DNA of 64,000 nt from Chloroflexia bacterium (GCA_049970175.1 JBMFNL010000003.1:5652-69651); one strand, 5' to 3'. Counted from the stretch's first letter, positions 1 to 10,302 are shown. Translations and numbers: made by a program. The notes: generated from the letters alone by a model not told the origin.

Positions 1-3000
1 GGATGTCCCTGGCTATCGGTGACCAGGATGTCGTAGGTAGCCTTCTGCCGGGGGCCGTAGTGCTCGCCCTTCGCCATATCCCGGTCCGGGGTCAACCGGA
101 TGGAAAGTTCCTTGGCGGCTACGGAGACGGGAAGTTTCACCAGGCCCATGCGGAACGAGGCCAGGCCGTCCGGGGCCTGCTCTGAACCCTGGACGATGAG
201 CACCGAGACGAAGACGTTGGGGACATCCTCCGGCCCGATCGGCACCCGCACCACCTCGCTGTTGCCCCGGAACTGCCGCACCTCGCTCTCCATGATGTGG
301 CCGCGTTCGACCGTTACCAGGGCATAGACGGTGCCGCTGTAGGGGGAAGGGACAAGGATTTCGGCGGTATCGCCGACCTGGTACTCTTGCTTATCGGCCA
401 CCAGGGCAATGCGGTTGTTGCTCTCCTGCCGCCAGGGGACGTACTCTTCGCCTCCCCAGACCCAGAAATAGGTGCTGGCCCGGATTTCGTTCTCGCGGGA
501 GTCGCGTCCGATGGCCCGAACGCGGTAGGAGCCGGCCTTGGAAGGGGTAAAGGTTGCCACCGCCCTGCCGTCGTCCCCGGTGGTTACGGTGGTGGTGAAG
601 ACGGGGAGGTCCTCGACCGCCCAGTTCCAGTAGAAATTCCCGTCGGCGGCCCGTTCGCGGACGCTGTACCAGCGGCGCTCCATAAAGATCACCGTCAGCG
701 GGACACCGGCCACCGGTTCGCTTTCCCAATCCACGGTGATGAGGTCGATCTGCTTCTCCCGGCCCACCTCGGTCAGATAGCCCCGCGGCGCCAGGCCCAC
801 GTAGAACTCGCCCTTGTGGACGACCACGGCGGTACGGTTGCTCACCTGCTGGCCGCTCAGGTCGGTCACGCTGGCCTCGAGGGTAAAGTTTTGGCTCTGG
901 ACCTTCTCGGCGATGTCGGCCGGGACACGGAAGGTGGCCCGGCCGCCGGCATCGGTGCGGGTGTCGCCCTCGGCCAGGAGCTGGCCGTAGCCGCCGTAGG
1001 TCTCTTCGTAGTAGTAGCCCCCCCATTCAGCATCGCTGAAGTTATACCAGGGACAGGACTGGCCGGCCGGACAGCGGTAGGAAAAGGTGTAGTCGTTGCT
1101 CAGCACGCTCCAGTGCACAGGGGCATCGGCCACCGGGCCGCCGAAGTAGTAGGTAGCCTCGACGGTCACGTTGATGGTCTCGCCGGAGAGGTAGGCGGGA
1201 CGGTCGGTGGTCACCTGAATCTGGAACTCGGGCTTGCGATATTCGGCCACCATGAAGGAGGTGCTGGCGTAAAAGTTATAGGCCGAGGCCTCCATCTCCA
1301 GCGAGTAAGTGCCCAGGGCCGCCTCGTCGTCCAGCTTCAGTTCATCGTAGAAGGTGCCCATGTCGCTCAGGGAGACCTCTTTCTTGAAAAGTTCCTTGCC
1401 CTGGGGATCGGAAATGCGCACCCCGACCCGGAGGTCTTCCGGCACGGTGTAGCGGGCGTCGTCGTCGGCCCGGACGATGCCCTTGAAGTAGACGGTCTGG
1501 CCGGGACGGTAGATGGGTCGGTCGGTATAGAGGTAACCCACATAGCCGGCGGCCCAGTACTCCGACTCGAGGTTGAAATCCCAGGGGCTGATGCCGTCGG
1601 ACCAGCCGTTGAAGGTCAGGGCAAAGTTTTCATCGCCCGGCCGGCCGGACATGGCGAAGAAGGGGTCCCACAGGTTGACCATGTGCAGGCCGGTCGCCAG
1701 GTAAAGGCCGTTTTCATCGGTGGAGCCGCTGCGGGCCGGCCGGCCATCGGCCGGGTAAAGGTCGATGGCCAGGTCGGGGACGGGCCGGCCGGTGGCGAGG
1801 TCCGTGGCCCAGATGAGCACCTCATCGCGCGATTGCTTCAGGACGAGGTGGAGGCGCGAACGGACGAACATGAAGCGTTCCGGTCTCCGGTCGGGCCAGT
1901 GCCGCTGCACCTCGGGGGCGCTGAGTTCCACGTAATAGAGGCCCGGGGGCAGGTCGTTCCCCTCGGCGTCGGTCAGTGCCAGGCGGGTCTGGGCGGCTTT
2001 GTTGGGCGGGGAACTGACCTCCACGGACCAGCGCTTGATCAGGTTGGAGGAGGGAGGAGTGTAGTTATACCAGTAGTCCCAGCCGCCGAAGCCGTTGATG
2101 CGCATGAACTCTTCCGGGCCCAGGGTGTAAAGCGCCAGGTCCAGGCGGGAGACGTTGAGGTGGCCGGCATAGAGTACCGTGTGGGTATAGGCACTCACAG
2201 AGGCCAGGATGCCGCTGACGTTGAAGACGGCATAGGGGTCCAGGTTTCCGGTGGTGAAGCGGATGCGGTAGGTACGGCCCAGCATCCCCCCGTATAGATC
2301 GGGCATGGCAGGATCCAGGACGATCTCGTAGGCCGTGGCCGGCTCCTTGGGGAAGTAAAGGTCGACCTGGGTGTTGTAATCGTACCAGTAGGCATGGACG
2401 CTCGTCAGGGGCACCGTCGGGCTGATGCTCAGGTAGCGGGTAAAGACCTGGGTATCCATCGGGCTGGCAAAGAGCAGGCTCACGTTGTTGTAGACGGGCC
2501 AGTCCTGCTGCCCGTCGCTGGGGGTGGACCTGCGGAGGCCCGGCTCCGGGACGGTGGAGAACTGCCAGGCCACGGCCCGGCTCAGGCCGGCCCCTCCTCC
2601 CCGGGCCTGGGAGCCGGCGCCCACCGTGGCGATGAAGCGCGTGCCCCGGGGCAGGGGACGGTCCGGCACAAAGACCATCTTCTCCGGGGAAGAGGGCTTT
2701 TCTCCACCATACCAGCGGAAGGTCCCGGCCACCCGTTCCTTCGCCGCCGTCATCAGGGAAAAATGCTCCTGGACGGAGGCGTGGTCCATCGGCTGGTTGA
2801 AGGTTACCGTAATCACGCCATAGGGGGGAAGGTAAGAAAAGTCGCTGGCCGGCTCGTAGGACCGGACCGCCGGCCGGATGGTCGTGAACTTCCAGGTGTA
2901 GTCCTTCTCCAAGACGCCGCCGGTGGTATCGGTCAGGCCGGCGGATATGCGGGCGGTGTACTCGGTGGAGGGAAGGAAAGCCTCTTCCGGGCGGAAGATG

Positions 3001-3608
3001 TAGATGGAGGTGTTCAGCCACTCCCCCTTGCCCGCCACCGGGGGCATAAAGGTGACCGGGTCGGGCAGTTGGGCCTGCTCGCCGATGGCCGTAAGCGGCA
3101 CCACCGGCCGGTTAAAGACCACGGTGACGGCCGTATCGGGGGGGACTTCGGTGACGCCCGGCGTCGGCTGAACGGCGCTGACGGTGAGAAAGCCCACCGT
3201 GCTGAAGTCAAAGGCGGCGGCCTCTTCCATCGGCGTGCCCTCGGCGTTGCGGGCCGTGGCGGCGACCGTCACGCGGTAACGCCGACCGCGCTCCCACCGG
3301 CCGTCGGGAGTAAAGATCAGGGTGCGCTCGTCGCGCCAGGTGAATTTTCCGATCGCCGTGGGGGTGATGGAGATGGCCGCTTCCACGCTGGTCCGGTCCA
3401 TGGGCTGGTCAAAGGTGAGTTCGATGGGGGCATCGAGCGGCAGTTCCTCGCCCAGGGCCGGCGTGTGCATGAGGAGGCGCGGCGGGGGCAGGGGTTCAGG
3501 CGTGGGCGCCGGGGTAGGGGAGGGTGTCGGTCCACAGGCGGTCAACAGGATGCCCAGGAGGGCCAGGATGGCCAGGATACGGTTGGTTCGACGGCTCAGA
3601 TTACGCAT
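1..3608 (-). CDS. Alpha-2-macroglobulin family lipoprotein with N-terminal Ig-like (Big_5) domains; 3' end lies beyond the window
   Basis: Absent from the ORF track because it has no stop in the window. ATG at 3608 after GAGGAG. Reads MRNLSRRTNRILAILALLGILLTAC (lipobox), then a PT-rich linker, Ig-like repeats, and the MG-domain motifs YTDRPIYRPGQTVYFKG and VAEYRKPEF. Adjacent to a PBP1C gene. Confidence 0.88.
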   Translation of the reverse strand, partial: MRNLSRRTNRILAILALLGILLTACGPTPSPTPAPTPEPLPPPRLLMHTPALGEELPLDAPIELTFDQPMDRTSVEAAISITPTAIGKFTWRDERTLIFTPDGRWERGRRYRVTVAATARNAEGTPMEEAAAFDFSTVGFLTVSAVQPTPGVTEVPPDTAVTVVFNRPVVPLTAIGEQAQLPDPVTFMPPVAGKGEWLNTSIYIFRPEEAFLPSTEYTARISAGLTDTTGGVLEKDYTWKFTTIRPAVRSYEPASDFSYLPPYGVITVTFNQPMDHASVQEHFSLMTAAKERVAGTFRWYGGEKPSSPEKMVFVPDRPLPRGTRFIATVGAGSQARGGGAGLSRAVAWQFSTVPEPGLRRSTPSDGQQDWPVYNNVSLLFASPMDTQVFTRYLSISPTVPLTSVHAYWYDYNTQVDLYFPKEPATAYEIVLDPAMPDLYGGMLGRTYRIRFTTGNLDPYAVFNVSGILASVSAYTHTVLYAGHLNVSRLDLALYTLGPEEFMRINGFGGWDYWYNYTPPSSNLIKRWSVEVSSPPNKAAQTRLALTDAEGNDLPPGLYYVELSAPEVQRHWPDRRPERFMFVRSRLHLVLKQSRDEVLIWATDLATGRPVPDLAIDLYPADGRPARSGSTDENGLYLATGLHMVNLWDPFFAMSGRPGDENFALTFNGWSDGISPWDFNLESEYWAAGYVGYLYTDRPIYRPGQTVYFKGIVRADDDARYTVPEDLRVGVRISDPQGKELFKKEVSLSDMGTFYDELKLDDEAALGTYSLEMEASAYNFYASTSFMVAEYRKPEFQIQVTTDRPAYLSGETINVTVEATYYFGGPVADAPVHWSVLSNDYTFSYRCPAGQSCPWYNFSDAEWGGYYYEETYGGYGQLLAEGDTRTDAGGRATFRVPADIAEKVQSQNFTLEASVTDLSGQQVSNRTAVVVHKGEFYVGLAPRGYLTEVGREKQIDLITVDWESEPVAGVPLTVIFMERRWYSVRERAADGNFYWNWAVEDLPVFTTTVTTGDDGRAVATFTPSKAGSYRVRAIGRDSRENEIRASTYFWVWGGEEYVPWRQESNNRIALVADKQEYQVGDTAEILVPSPYSGTVYALVTVERGHIMESEVRQFRGNSEVVRVPIGPEDVPNVFVSVLIVQGSEQAPDGLASFRMGLVKLPVSVAAKELSIRLTPDRDMAKGEHYGPRQKATYDILVTDSQGH

Positions 3609-3662
3609 GGGTCACGCTCCTCGATAATTCTCAACGCTTCCATCGTACCACTTTCCTAGATT

Positions 3663-6182
3663 CTACTCGGTTACAATAATGTGTACCTCTTTACTTCCAA
3701 CCCGATCCCCATTCTGGTCCACCCCCTCGGCCCAGAAGGTATGGGGGCCGGGTTCCAGCGGCCAGTAGACCTGGTAAGGGGGCTTCTGGAAGCGGGCCAG
3801 CGGCCGGCCGTCCACCATGAGCGTTACCTCCACCAGGACGGCTCCGTTCCCCGGCCGGGCGGCGACCCGGATGCGCTGGGAATCACGGGGCAGGCTTCGG
3901 TCCAGGCGGTAGGTGGCTCCCTGGTCCGGGCCGGTCATCACCAGGGGCGGCTCCTCCCTCGACCAGGCCAGGAGTTGGCCTTCCCCAGGAGCCGGCGGCG
4001 GCTGCGGGATGCCCTGTTCGGCGGCCCAGGCCTGGGCTTCCGGCGGGAAGATGGTGTAGACGCGCTCTACGATGCGCTCCGGAGGCGTATCGGCGGTGGC
4101 CCGGAGCCCCGTGGCCCGGTCTATGGCGATGCGCTGGTGCATCGGGCAGGTTTCGTGGGGCTCGCTTCCGGCCAGGAAGAGTTCCTTGACCCGGTGGGGG
4201 CAATCGGGGTTGGGGAGGAGACCGGAGAGGGTGCAGACCTCGACCTCGACCAGGCCGGCCGGCCGCCGGAACTCCTGGACAGGCCGGCCGCGAAGGACGG
4301 TTTCCATAAAGTCGTGCCAGATGGGGGCGGCCCCGGTCACCCCGGTCACCTGGTGCATCGGCTCGTTATCGGCATTCCCGGCCCACACGCCCACCACCAG
4401 GTCCGGGGTATAGCCCACGGTCCAGTTATCGTGAAAGTCGTAGGTCGTGCCGGTCTTGACGGCGGCCGGCCGCGAAAGTTGGAGCACACTCCCCTCGCCG
4501 AAGGTGGGGATACGGGCCCGGTCGTCGCTCAGGATGTCGGTGATGAGGTAGGCCACGCGTTCGTCCAGCACCGGTTCGCCCACCGCCGGCGGGGCCGCCC
4601 AGAGGGTCCGGCCGGCGGCATCCTCGATGCGCCGGACGGCCAGGGGATAGACGCGGCGGCCTCCGTTGGCAAAGGCGGCGTAGGCGGCGGTAAGGTCCAG
4701 CAGGCGCACCTCCCCGTCGCCCAGCGTTACGGCCAGGCCCAGGTCGGGGTCGTCCAGGGTGTTCAGGCCCAGCCGGCGGGCCAGGTGGCGCATGGTCTCC
4801 ATGCCGATCGTGTCCAGGACCTTGATCGCCACGAGGTTATAGGACGAGGCCAGGGCCTCGCGCAGCCGCACCGGGCCGTGGAAACGCAGGTCGTAGTTGA
4901 AGGGCACGTAGGGGATGCCCCGCTCGGTGACGTAGGCGGTGCGCAGGTCATAGACCACCGTGGCCGGGGTCATCTTCCCTCCCTCGAAGGCGGCGGCATA
5001 GGTGATCGGCTTGATGGCCGAGCCGGGCTGCCGAAGGGCGGTCGCGCCGTTCACGGCCCCGTCAATGCGGGCCGAGAAGTAGTCGGGGCTGCCGAGCATG
5101 GCCAGGATTTCGCCGGTATGGGGGTCGAGGGCCACCAGGGCGGCGTTGCGCACGTTGTGGCCGCCCGGGGGGCAGAGTTCGCGCTGCCCGTTGCATTCGG
5201 CCAGGCGGGCCAGGCGGTAGCGCACCAGGTCGCGGGCCGTCTCGTTCATATCCAGGTCCAGCGTGGTGTAGATGTTCAGCCCGCCCTGTTCCAATCGCTC
5301 CAACCCCAGCGTCTCTTCCAGGAAATTACGCACGTACATCACAAAGTGGGGGGCGCGGATGGGGAAGGGGGCGGCGGCAAAGTGGAGGCGTTCCTCCTTG
5401 GCCAGGCGGGCTTCCTCGGCGCTGATGTAGCCGTGCCTGACCATCAGGTCCAGAACGACGGCCTGACGGGCCTTGGCCGCTTCCAGGTGCTCCAGGGGGT
5501 TGTAGCGGGCCGGAGCCTGGGGCAGGCCGGCCAGAAGAGCGCATTCGGCCAAGTCCAGGTCGGCCACGCCTTTGCCGAAATAGGCCCGGGCGGCAGCCTC
5601 CACGCCGTAGGCCATGTTGCCGTAGTAGATTTCGTTGAGGTAGAGTTCGAGGATTTCGTCCTTGGAGTAGCGCCGGGTCATCTGCCAGGCCAGGATGGCT
5701 TCGCGCAACTTGCGGCGCAGCGTCTGCTCGGTGCGTTCGGAGGGGCTGAGCACCAGGTTGCGCACTACCTGCTGGGTGATGGTGCTGCCGCCGGAGCGGA
5801 TTTCCCCCTGGGCCAGGTTGATCCAGAGGGCGCGGAGGATACCCCAGAAGTCCACGCCGGGGTTCTGGTAGAAGGAGGCGTCCTCCACGGCGATGGTGGC
5901 CTGGCGTAGCGCCAGGGGGACGCTCTCCAGCGGGACCGGGGTATGGCTTCCGCCGCCGGCGGCCGGCATTTCATAAAGCAGCCGGCCGTAGCGGTCATAG
6001 ACCTTGTTGCTGGGCGCGGCCAGGTTTCGGCCCAGGTGGTCGAGAGAAGGGAGGTCCACCAGGAGCCAGAAATACAGCCCCACCCCGGCTCCCAGAACGA
6101 GGAGCAGAAAAAGGCCCAGGGCAATTCCCAGACGGCGAACGCAGGCGGACATCTTTTTCCTCGTATGGGTATTTATCTTCAT
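3663..6182 (-). CDS. pbpC: Penicillin-binding protein 1C-like transglycosylase/transpeptidase
   Basis: N-terminal TM helix. Glycosyltransferase motifs EDASFY, GGSTITQQ, RKLRE. Transpeptidase motifs PGSAIKP, SYN, KTGT. C-terminal Ig-like domain. Next to A2M. Confidence 0.88.
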   Translation of the reverse strand: MKINTHTRKKMSACVRRLGIALGLFLLLVLGAGVGLYFWLLVDLPSLDHLGRNLAAPSNKVYDRYGRLLYEMPAAGGGSHTPVPLESVPLALRQATIAVEDASFYQNPGVDFWGILRALWINLAQGEIRSGGSTITQQVVRNLVLSPSERTEQTLRRKLREAILAWQMTRRYSKDEILELYLNEIYYGNMAYGVEAAARAYFGKGVADLDLAECALLAGLPQAPARYNPLEHLEAAKARQAVVLDLMVRHGYISAEEARLAKEERLHFAAAPFPIRAPHFVMYVRNFLEETLGLERLEQGGLNIYTTLDLDMNETARDLVRYRLARLAECNGQRELCPPGGHNVRNAALVALDPHTGEILAMLGSPDYFSARIDGAVNGATALRQPGSAIKPITYAAAFEGGKMTPATVVYDLRTAYVTERGIPYVPFNYDLRFHGPVRLREALASSYNLVAIKVLDTIGMETMRHLARRLGLNTLDDPDLGLAVTLGDGEVRLLDLTAAYAAFANGGRRVYPLAVRRIEDAAGRTLWAAPPAVGEPVLDERVAYLITDILSDDRARIPTFGEGSVLQLSRPAAVKTGTTYDFHDNWTVGYTPDLVVGVWAGNADNEPMHQVTGVTGAAPIWHDFMETVLRGRPVQEFRRPAGLVEVEVCTLSGLLPNPDCPHRVKELFLAGSEPHETCPMHQRIAIDRATGLRATADTPPERIVERVYTIFPPEAQAWAAEQGIPQPPPAPGEGQLLAWSREEPPLVMTGPDQGATYRLDRSLPRDSQRIRVAARPGNGAVLVEVTLMVDGRPLARFQKPPYQVYWPLEPGPHTFWAEGVDQNGDRVGSKEVHIIVTE

Positions 6183-6332
6183 ATGATAACCTGGGGCAAG
6201 CCGAAAGGGGGCAACGATCCTCCTACGCTTTCCCTACGGCCGGCCGGCGCTTCCCCAGGTCCCGGGAGCGGGGGGTCGGAGGCCTGGGGCGGCTCCCATC
6301 CGCTTCCCCGTCCGCGGCGACGCTTGCTGATC

Positions 6333-9300
6333 CTATGCTCCGGAGCCGGCCTGTTCGGCCCACTCGCGTTCCACGGGGAAGCGCGGCAGGATCACGGCCC
6401 ACTCGTTCAGGAGGACCTGGTCGCCGGGCTGAAGGGCCTCCTTGGGCTTTTCTTCTTTTCCCCCACGGCGGGGGAGCGGGAAGATGCCGATGCGGTTCCC
6501 GACGCGGTGGTGTCGCCGCTCGATGAGGGCCATGCCCAACTGGTAGCCGCCGGTATCCAGGGCGCAACTGGTGACCACGCCGATGCAGCGGCCCCGGCGG
6601 TCCACCACCGGATCGCCGTTTTTGACGGCCGGTACGCCCTTTTCTTCCAGGCGGAAGCGGCAGATTTCGCTTTCCCGCTCGGTATCGCGGCGGGCGATGA
6701 CGGCCTGTTTGCCGATGAAGAAGGGCTTGTGGAGTTTGACGTAGGAGCCGAAGCCGGCCTGGGCCGGGGTGATGTGGTAGGGGCCGGCCAGTTCGTGGCC
6801 GTAGAGGGGCAGGCCGGCTTCCGTCCGGGTGGAATCGCGGGCGCCCAATCCGGCCGGCTTCACGCCGAAAGGCTCCCCGGCCTCCAGGATGCGCCACCAG
6901 AGGGTCGGAGCCTGTTCGGGGTGGACGAAGAGTTCAAAGCCCAACCGTTCGCCGGTGTAGCCGGTGCGGGCCGCCACCAGCGGGATGCCGTCCAGGACGA
7001 CCTCGGCCAGTTCGGTCCGCCGCAGGCGGGAGAGGACCTGCCGGGTGGCCTCATCGCGGGCCAGGGAGAGGAGCGTCTTCAGGGAGGACGGTCCCTGCAG
7101 GGCGATGTCCACTTTGCAGGATTCGCCGTTGGCCGGGTCTTTCAAGTTCCGCAACTCTACCGGGTGCTCGATCTCCCGTACCGGGTGCTTCCGGTCGATG
7201 AGCACCCGGCGTTCGTTGACGGCGTTCAGCCAGGCCCAGTCCTTGTCCTCGTTGGCGGCGTTGACCACCAGGAGGTAGCGGTCGGGACGCAGGCAGTAGA
7301 CGAAGAGGTCGTCCAGGACCTCGCCGTCCGGATCGAGCATATAGGCATAGGCCGACTGTCCGGGGCGCAACCCGGCCACGTAGTTGGTGAGGACGACGTC
7401 CAGGAAAGCGGTGGCGTGTTCGCCGCGGATTTCAAAGACGCCCATATGGGAGACATCGAAGAGGCCGGCACTTCGGCGCACGGCCAGGTGTTCCTCGTAG
7501 ATGCTCGTGTAGCGCACCGGCATCTCGTAGCCGGCAAAGGGGACGATGGCGGCCCCCATGCGCACATGCTCCTGATAGAGGGCGGAACGCTTGAGCGGGG
7601 CGTTCTCCGCTCCCTGCCAGCGGAATTCCCCGCGATCGGCCGGCGGCGCCAGTTCGGCCAGGATCGGCTCCAGGCCGATAAAGTAGGTTTTCGACAGGCG
7701 CACCCAGTCGGCGAAGCGGCCGCGGATGAGGTCCAGACCGCTGACCTGGGGGTCCCCTTCCTCCCAAGAGGGCAGGCCGGCTTCGGCGTGGAGGGCCTTG
7801 CGGGCGGCCAGGCCGGCCGGCCGGATTCCCAGGTCCTCGCCTGTCTCCAGGAGGAGCCTCCAGAGCCGGGCGGCCTGGTCCGGGTGGACGTAGAGTTCGT
7901 AGCGTTCGTCCTGCTCGGTGTAGCCGGCGCGGTGGAGGAGGACCGGGATGCCGTCCACCTGGGCCGGGAGGAAATGGCGAAAGCGCAGCCGGTCGGCGGC
8001 GGGGATGAGGCGGTGGAGGAGGGGCACAGCCTGGGGGCCCTGCACGGCCAGCATGCACCGGCGCTGGGGTGGGTCGGTCTCCTTGAGGTCCTCGACCACG
8101 GCCGGCCCCTGAATCTTGGCAAAGACATCGTCTTGGTCGGAGAGGATATAGCCGTCGGAGAGGCCGCGCAGCCAGGCCTTGACCTTTTCCACGCGGGCGG
8201 CGTTACAGGTGATGAGGAAATGGTCGCGCCATTTCTTATCGCGGTCCAGGTAGAGGACGGTGATGTCATCGATCAGGCGGGCATCCTGGTCCAGGAGGAA
8301 GGTGCGGATGCTCTGGCCGATGGGGACGCGGCGCAGGTCCCCGGTGATGGCTTCCTGGAGGAGCGACAGGGCGCGTTCGCCCCAGACGTAGAGGAGGCCG
8401 GTGTCGCTGCGGTCGAAGAGGGCGACGCCCTCTTTGGCGGCCTGGAGTTCGGCCTGGGGATCGCCGTAGTGCTCCGGCAGGAGCCAGCCGTGGTGTTCGC
8501 ACCAGGTAGCCCCCAGACGCTCGTGCTCGGCGCGCAGGGGCGTTCCCCGGCGGGGGGGATGGGCCGGCATCACCGCATAGAAGGGGTAGCCGTGTTCTTC
8601 CACCTCGATCTCCCGGGCGGTGCAGGAGCGCTCCAGGTCGGCCACCTCCCGTTTGACCTCCTCCAGGAGTTCGAGGGAGATTTTCCCCCGGCCCTGGAGC
8701 CCGGTGAGGCCGATGTAACTGAAGGCGTGGATGTTGGGCAGGACCTTGCCGACGATCTCGGCGATGCGCTCCATCTCCGGGATGCCCATGCCGCGCTGGG
8801 TGACCCAGGTGGTGCCGAAGCGCAGGCCCGAAGGGTGGGCGGGGTTTTCGTCGCCGTAGATGGTGTTCTTGTTCACGGTGATGCCGCAGAGATCGAGGAT
8901 GCGGGAGGCGATTTCGCCGGTCAGGGGGTAGCCGGTGGGGGTTTTGACGCTGCGCAGGTCGATGAGGCACATATGGGAGTCGGTGCCGCCGTAGGCCAGT
9001 TGGAAGCCCTGCCGGCGGAAGGCCTCGGCCAGGGCGACGGCGTTCTCGACGATGCAGCGCTGCAACTCCCGGAAGGCCTCGGTCTGGGCCAGTTTGAAGC
9101 AGACGGCCTTGGCGGCGATGACGTGGATATGGGGCCCTCCTTGTTCGCCGGGGAAGACGCCCACCTCGATCTGCTCGGCCAGGTCGGGGTCGGTGGTCAG
9201 GATGCAGGCCCCGCGGGGTCCGCAGAGGGTCTTGTGGGTGGTGAAGGTGACCACGTGGGCGTGGCCGATGGGGGAGGGGAAGACGCCGGCCGCCACCAGG

Positions 9301-10040
9301 CCGGCGGTGTGGGCGATGTCGGCCATGAAGATGGCCCCGACCTCATCGGCGATGCGGCGGAAGGCGGCCCAGTCCACGCTCCAAGGGTAGGCGCTATAGC
9401 CGGCGATGATGAGTTTGGGGCGGTGCTCCAGGGCGAGTTTGCGGATCTGGTCGTAGTCGAGTTTTCCGGTGGCCGGGTTGGCCTCGTACGGCACCACCCG
9501 GTAGAAGCGGCCGGAGCGGTTGACGGGGCTGCCGTGGGTGAGGTGGCCGCCGTGGGTGAGCGACATGCCCATCACCACGTCGCCCGGCCGGCAGAAGGCG
9601 TTGTAGACGGCGTTGTTGGCGGCGGCGCCGGAGAGGGGTTGGACGTTGGCGTAGATGTGCTCGGCCGGCACCTCGGGCGTGGCAAAGGCCTCGGCGCAAC
9701 GCTTCATGGCCAACGCCTCGACAAAGTCCACCAGTTCCGTGCCCTTGTAATAGCGCCGGTCGGAGTAGCGGCGGTGGTAAGCCAGTTCCTGCTTGAAGTT
9801 GAGGATCTCGTCGCGCTCGAAGCGCGTCATGCGCAGGGAGGGGTAACCTTCGGCGTAGATGTTGTTGTATACGCAGGAGAGGGCCTCCCGCACGGCGCGG
9901 GGGGCAATGCTCTCGGAGGCGATCATGATGAGTTTCCGCTGCTGGCGCTCTTCCTCCAGACGGATGAGGAAATCGAGGTCGGGGTCCAGGGAGGCCAGGT
10001 CTTCCTGAAAGAGGAAAAGGTCGCGTCTGATTTCGGACAT
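6333..10040 (-). CDS. glyA: Serine hydroxymethyltransferase fused to two GcvT (aminomethyltransferase) domains
   Basis: SHMT motifs IASE, YAEGYP, GGHLTHG, TTHKTLCGPRG, FPGEQGGP. Then a degenerate GcvT domain and a complete one (FAGYEMP, GLFDVSHMG, TGYTGE, GLGARDSTRTEAGLPLYGHEL). ATG at 10040 chosen as start. Confidence 0.92.
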   Translation of the reverse strand: MSEIRRDLFLFQEDLASLDPDLDFLIRLEEERQQRKLIMIASESIAPRAVREALSCVYNNIYAEGYPSLRMTRFERDEILNFKQELAYHRRYSDRRYYKGTELVDFVEALAMKRCAEAFATPEVPAEHIYANVQPLSGAAANNAVYNAFCRPGDVVMGMSLTHGGHLTHGSPVNRSGRFYRVVPYEANPATGKLDYDQIRKLALEHRPKLIIAGYSAYPWSVDWAAFRRIADEVGAIFMADIAHTAGLVAAGVFPSPIGHAHVVTFTTHKTLCGPRGACILTTDPDLAEQIEVGVFPGEQGGPHIHVIAAKAVCFKLAQTEAFRELQRCIVENAVALAEAFRRQGFQLAYGGTDSHMCLIDLRSVKTPTGYPLTGEIASRILDLCGITVNKNTIYGDENPAHPSGLRFGTTWVTQRGMGIPEMERIAEIVGKVLPNIHAFSYIGLTGLQGRGKISLELLEEVKREVADLERSCTAREIEVEEHGYPFYAVMPAHPPRRGTPLRAEHERLGATWCEHHGWLLPEHYGDPQAELQAAKEGVALFDRSDTGLLYVWGERALSLLQEAITGDLRRVPIGQSIRTFLLDQDARLIDDITVLYLDRDKKWRDHFLITCNAARVEKVKAWLRGLSDGYILSDQDDVFAKIQGPAVVEDLKETDPPQRRCMLAVQGPQAVPLLHRLIPAADRLRFRHFLPAQVDGIPVLLHRAGYTEQDERYELYVHPDQAARLWRLLLETGEDLGIRPAGLAARKALHAEAGLPSWEEGDPQVSGLDLIRGRFADWVRLSKTYFIGLEPILAELAPPADRGEFRWQGAENAPLKRSALYQEHVRMGAAIVPFAGYEMPVRYTSIYEEHLAVRRSAGLFDVSHMGVFEIRGEHATAFLDVVLTNYVAGLRPGQSAYAYMLDPDGEVLDDLFVYCLRPDRYLLVVNAANEDKDWAWLNAVNERRVLIDRKHPVREIEHPVELRNLKDPANGESCKVDIALQGPSSLKTLLSLARDEATRQVLSRLRRTELAEVVLDGIPLVAARTGYTGERLGFELFVHPEQAPTLWWRILEAGEPFGVKPAGLGARDSTRTEAGLPLYGHELAGPYHITPAQAGFGSYVKLHKPFFIGKQAVIARRDTERESEICRFRLEEKGVPAVKNGDPVVDRRGRCIGVVTSCALDTGGYQLGMALIERRHHRVGNRIGIFPLPRRGGKEEKPKEALQPGDQVLLNEWAVILPRFPVEREWAEQAGSGA

Positions 10041-10109
10041 GGTGCCACTCCTCGGCTTGCTCAACACATTCCACCTTGAATGTGCTTCCAGAGACGTCTG
10101 TCGCTGCTT

Positions 10110-10138
10110 ACTATATCGCCCCTGGCCCGGTTTGTCAA
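10110..10138 (-). promoter_or_regulatory. Sigma70-type promoter for the glyA-gcvT fusion
   Basis: TTGACA-17 nt-TATAGT on the minus strand. Confidence 0.7.
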
Positions 10139-10158
10139 TTTCAACGGGTCATTTGCGT

Positions 10159-10187
10159 TTGCCCCGGCGGGGAAAGTGTGCTACAAT
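10159..10187 (+). promoter_or_regulatory. Sigma70-type promoter for the CoA-transferase operon
   Basis: TTGCCC-17 nt-TACAAT with extended -10 TG. Confidence 0.65.
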
Positions 10188-10302
10188 AGCGCCCGGCGGC
10201 CGGCAACGGTATCCGATCCCAGAAAAAAGGAGCGGCGGCATGGGCTTTCGCGGCGAGGCGAAACGGCGAACGGCCCGGTATCTCTCGGTTTCCGGCGGAA
10301 TT

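Noticed and set aside
6183-6270. Hairpin and 11-codon TTG uORF overlapping the pbpC start
   Set aside because: RBS spacing is short and GC-rich stems arise by chance. Too weak to call.
297-10079. Long plus-strand ORFs (666, 742 and 1378 aa) and similar ones elsewhere, such as 36303-40007 and 50574-52535
   Set aside because: They are antisense shadows of well-supported genes, expected in GC-rich DNA, and carry no recognisable motifs.
10225-10295. Possible glycine riboswitch near the glyA-gcvT fusion
   Set aside because: Only a loose resemblance (no GGAGAG, CCGAAG or CTCAGG core), and it is on the wrong strand for glyA.
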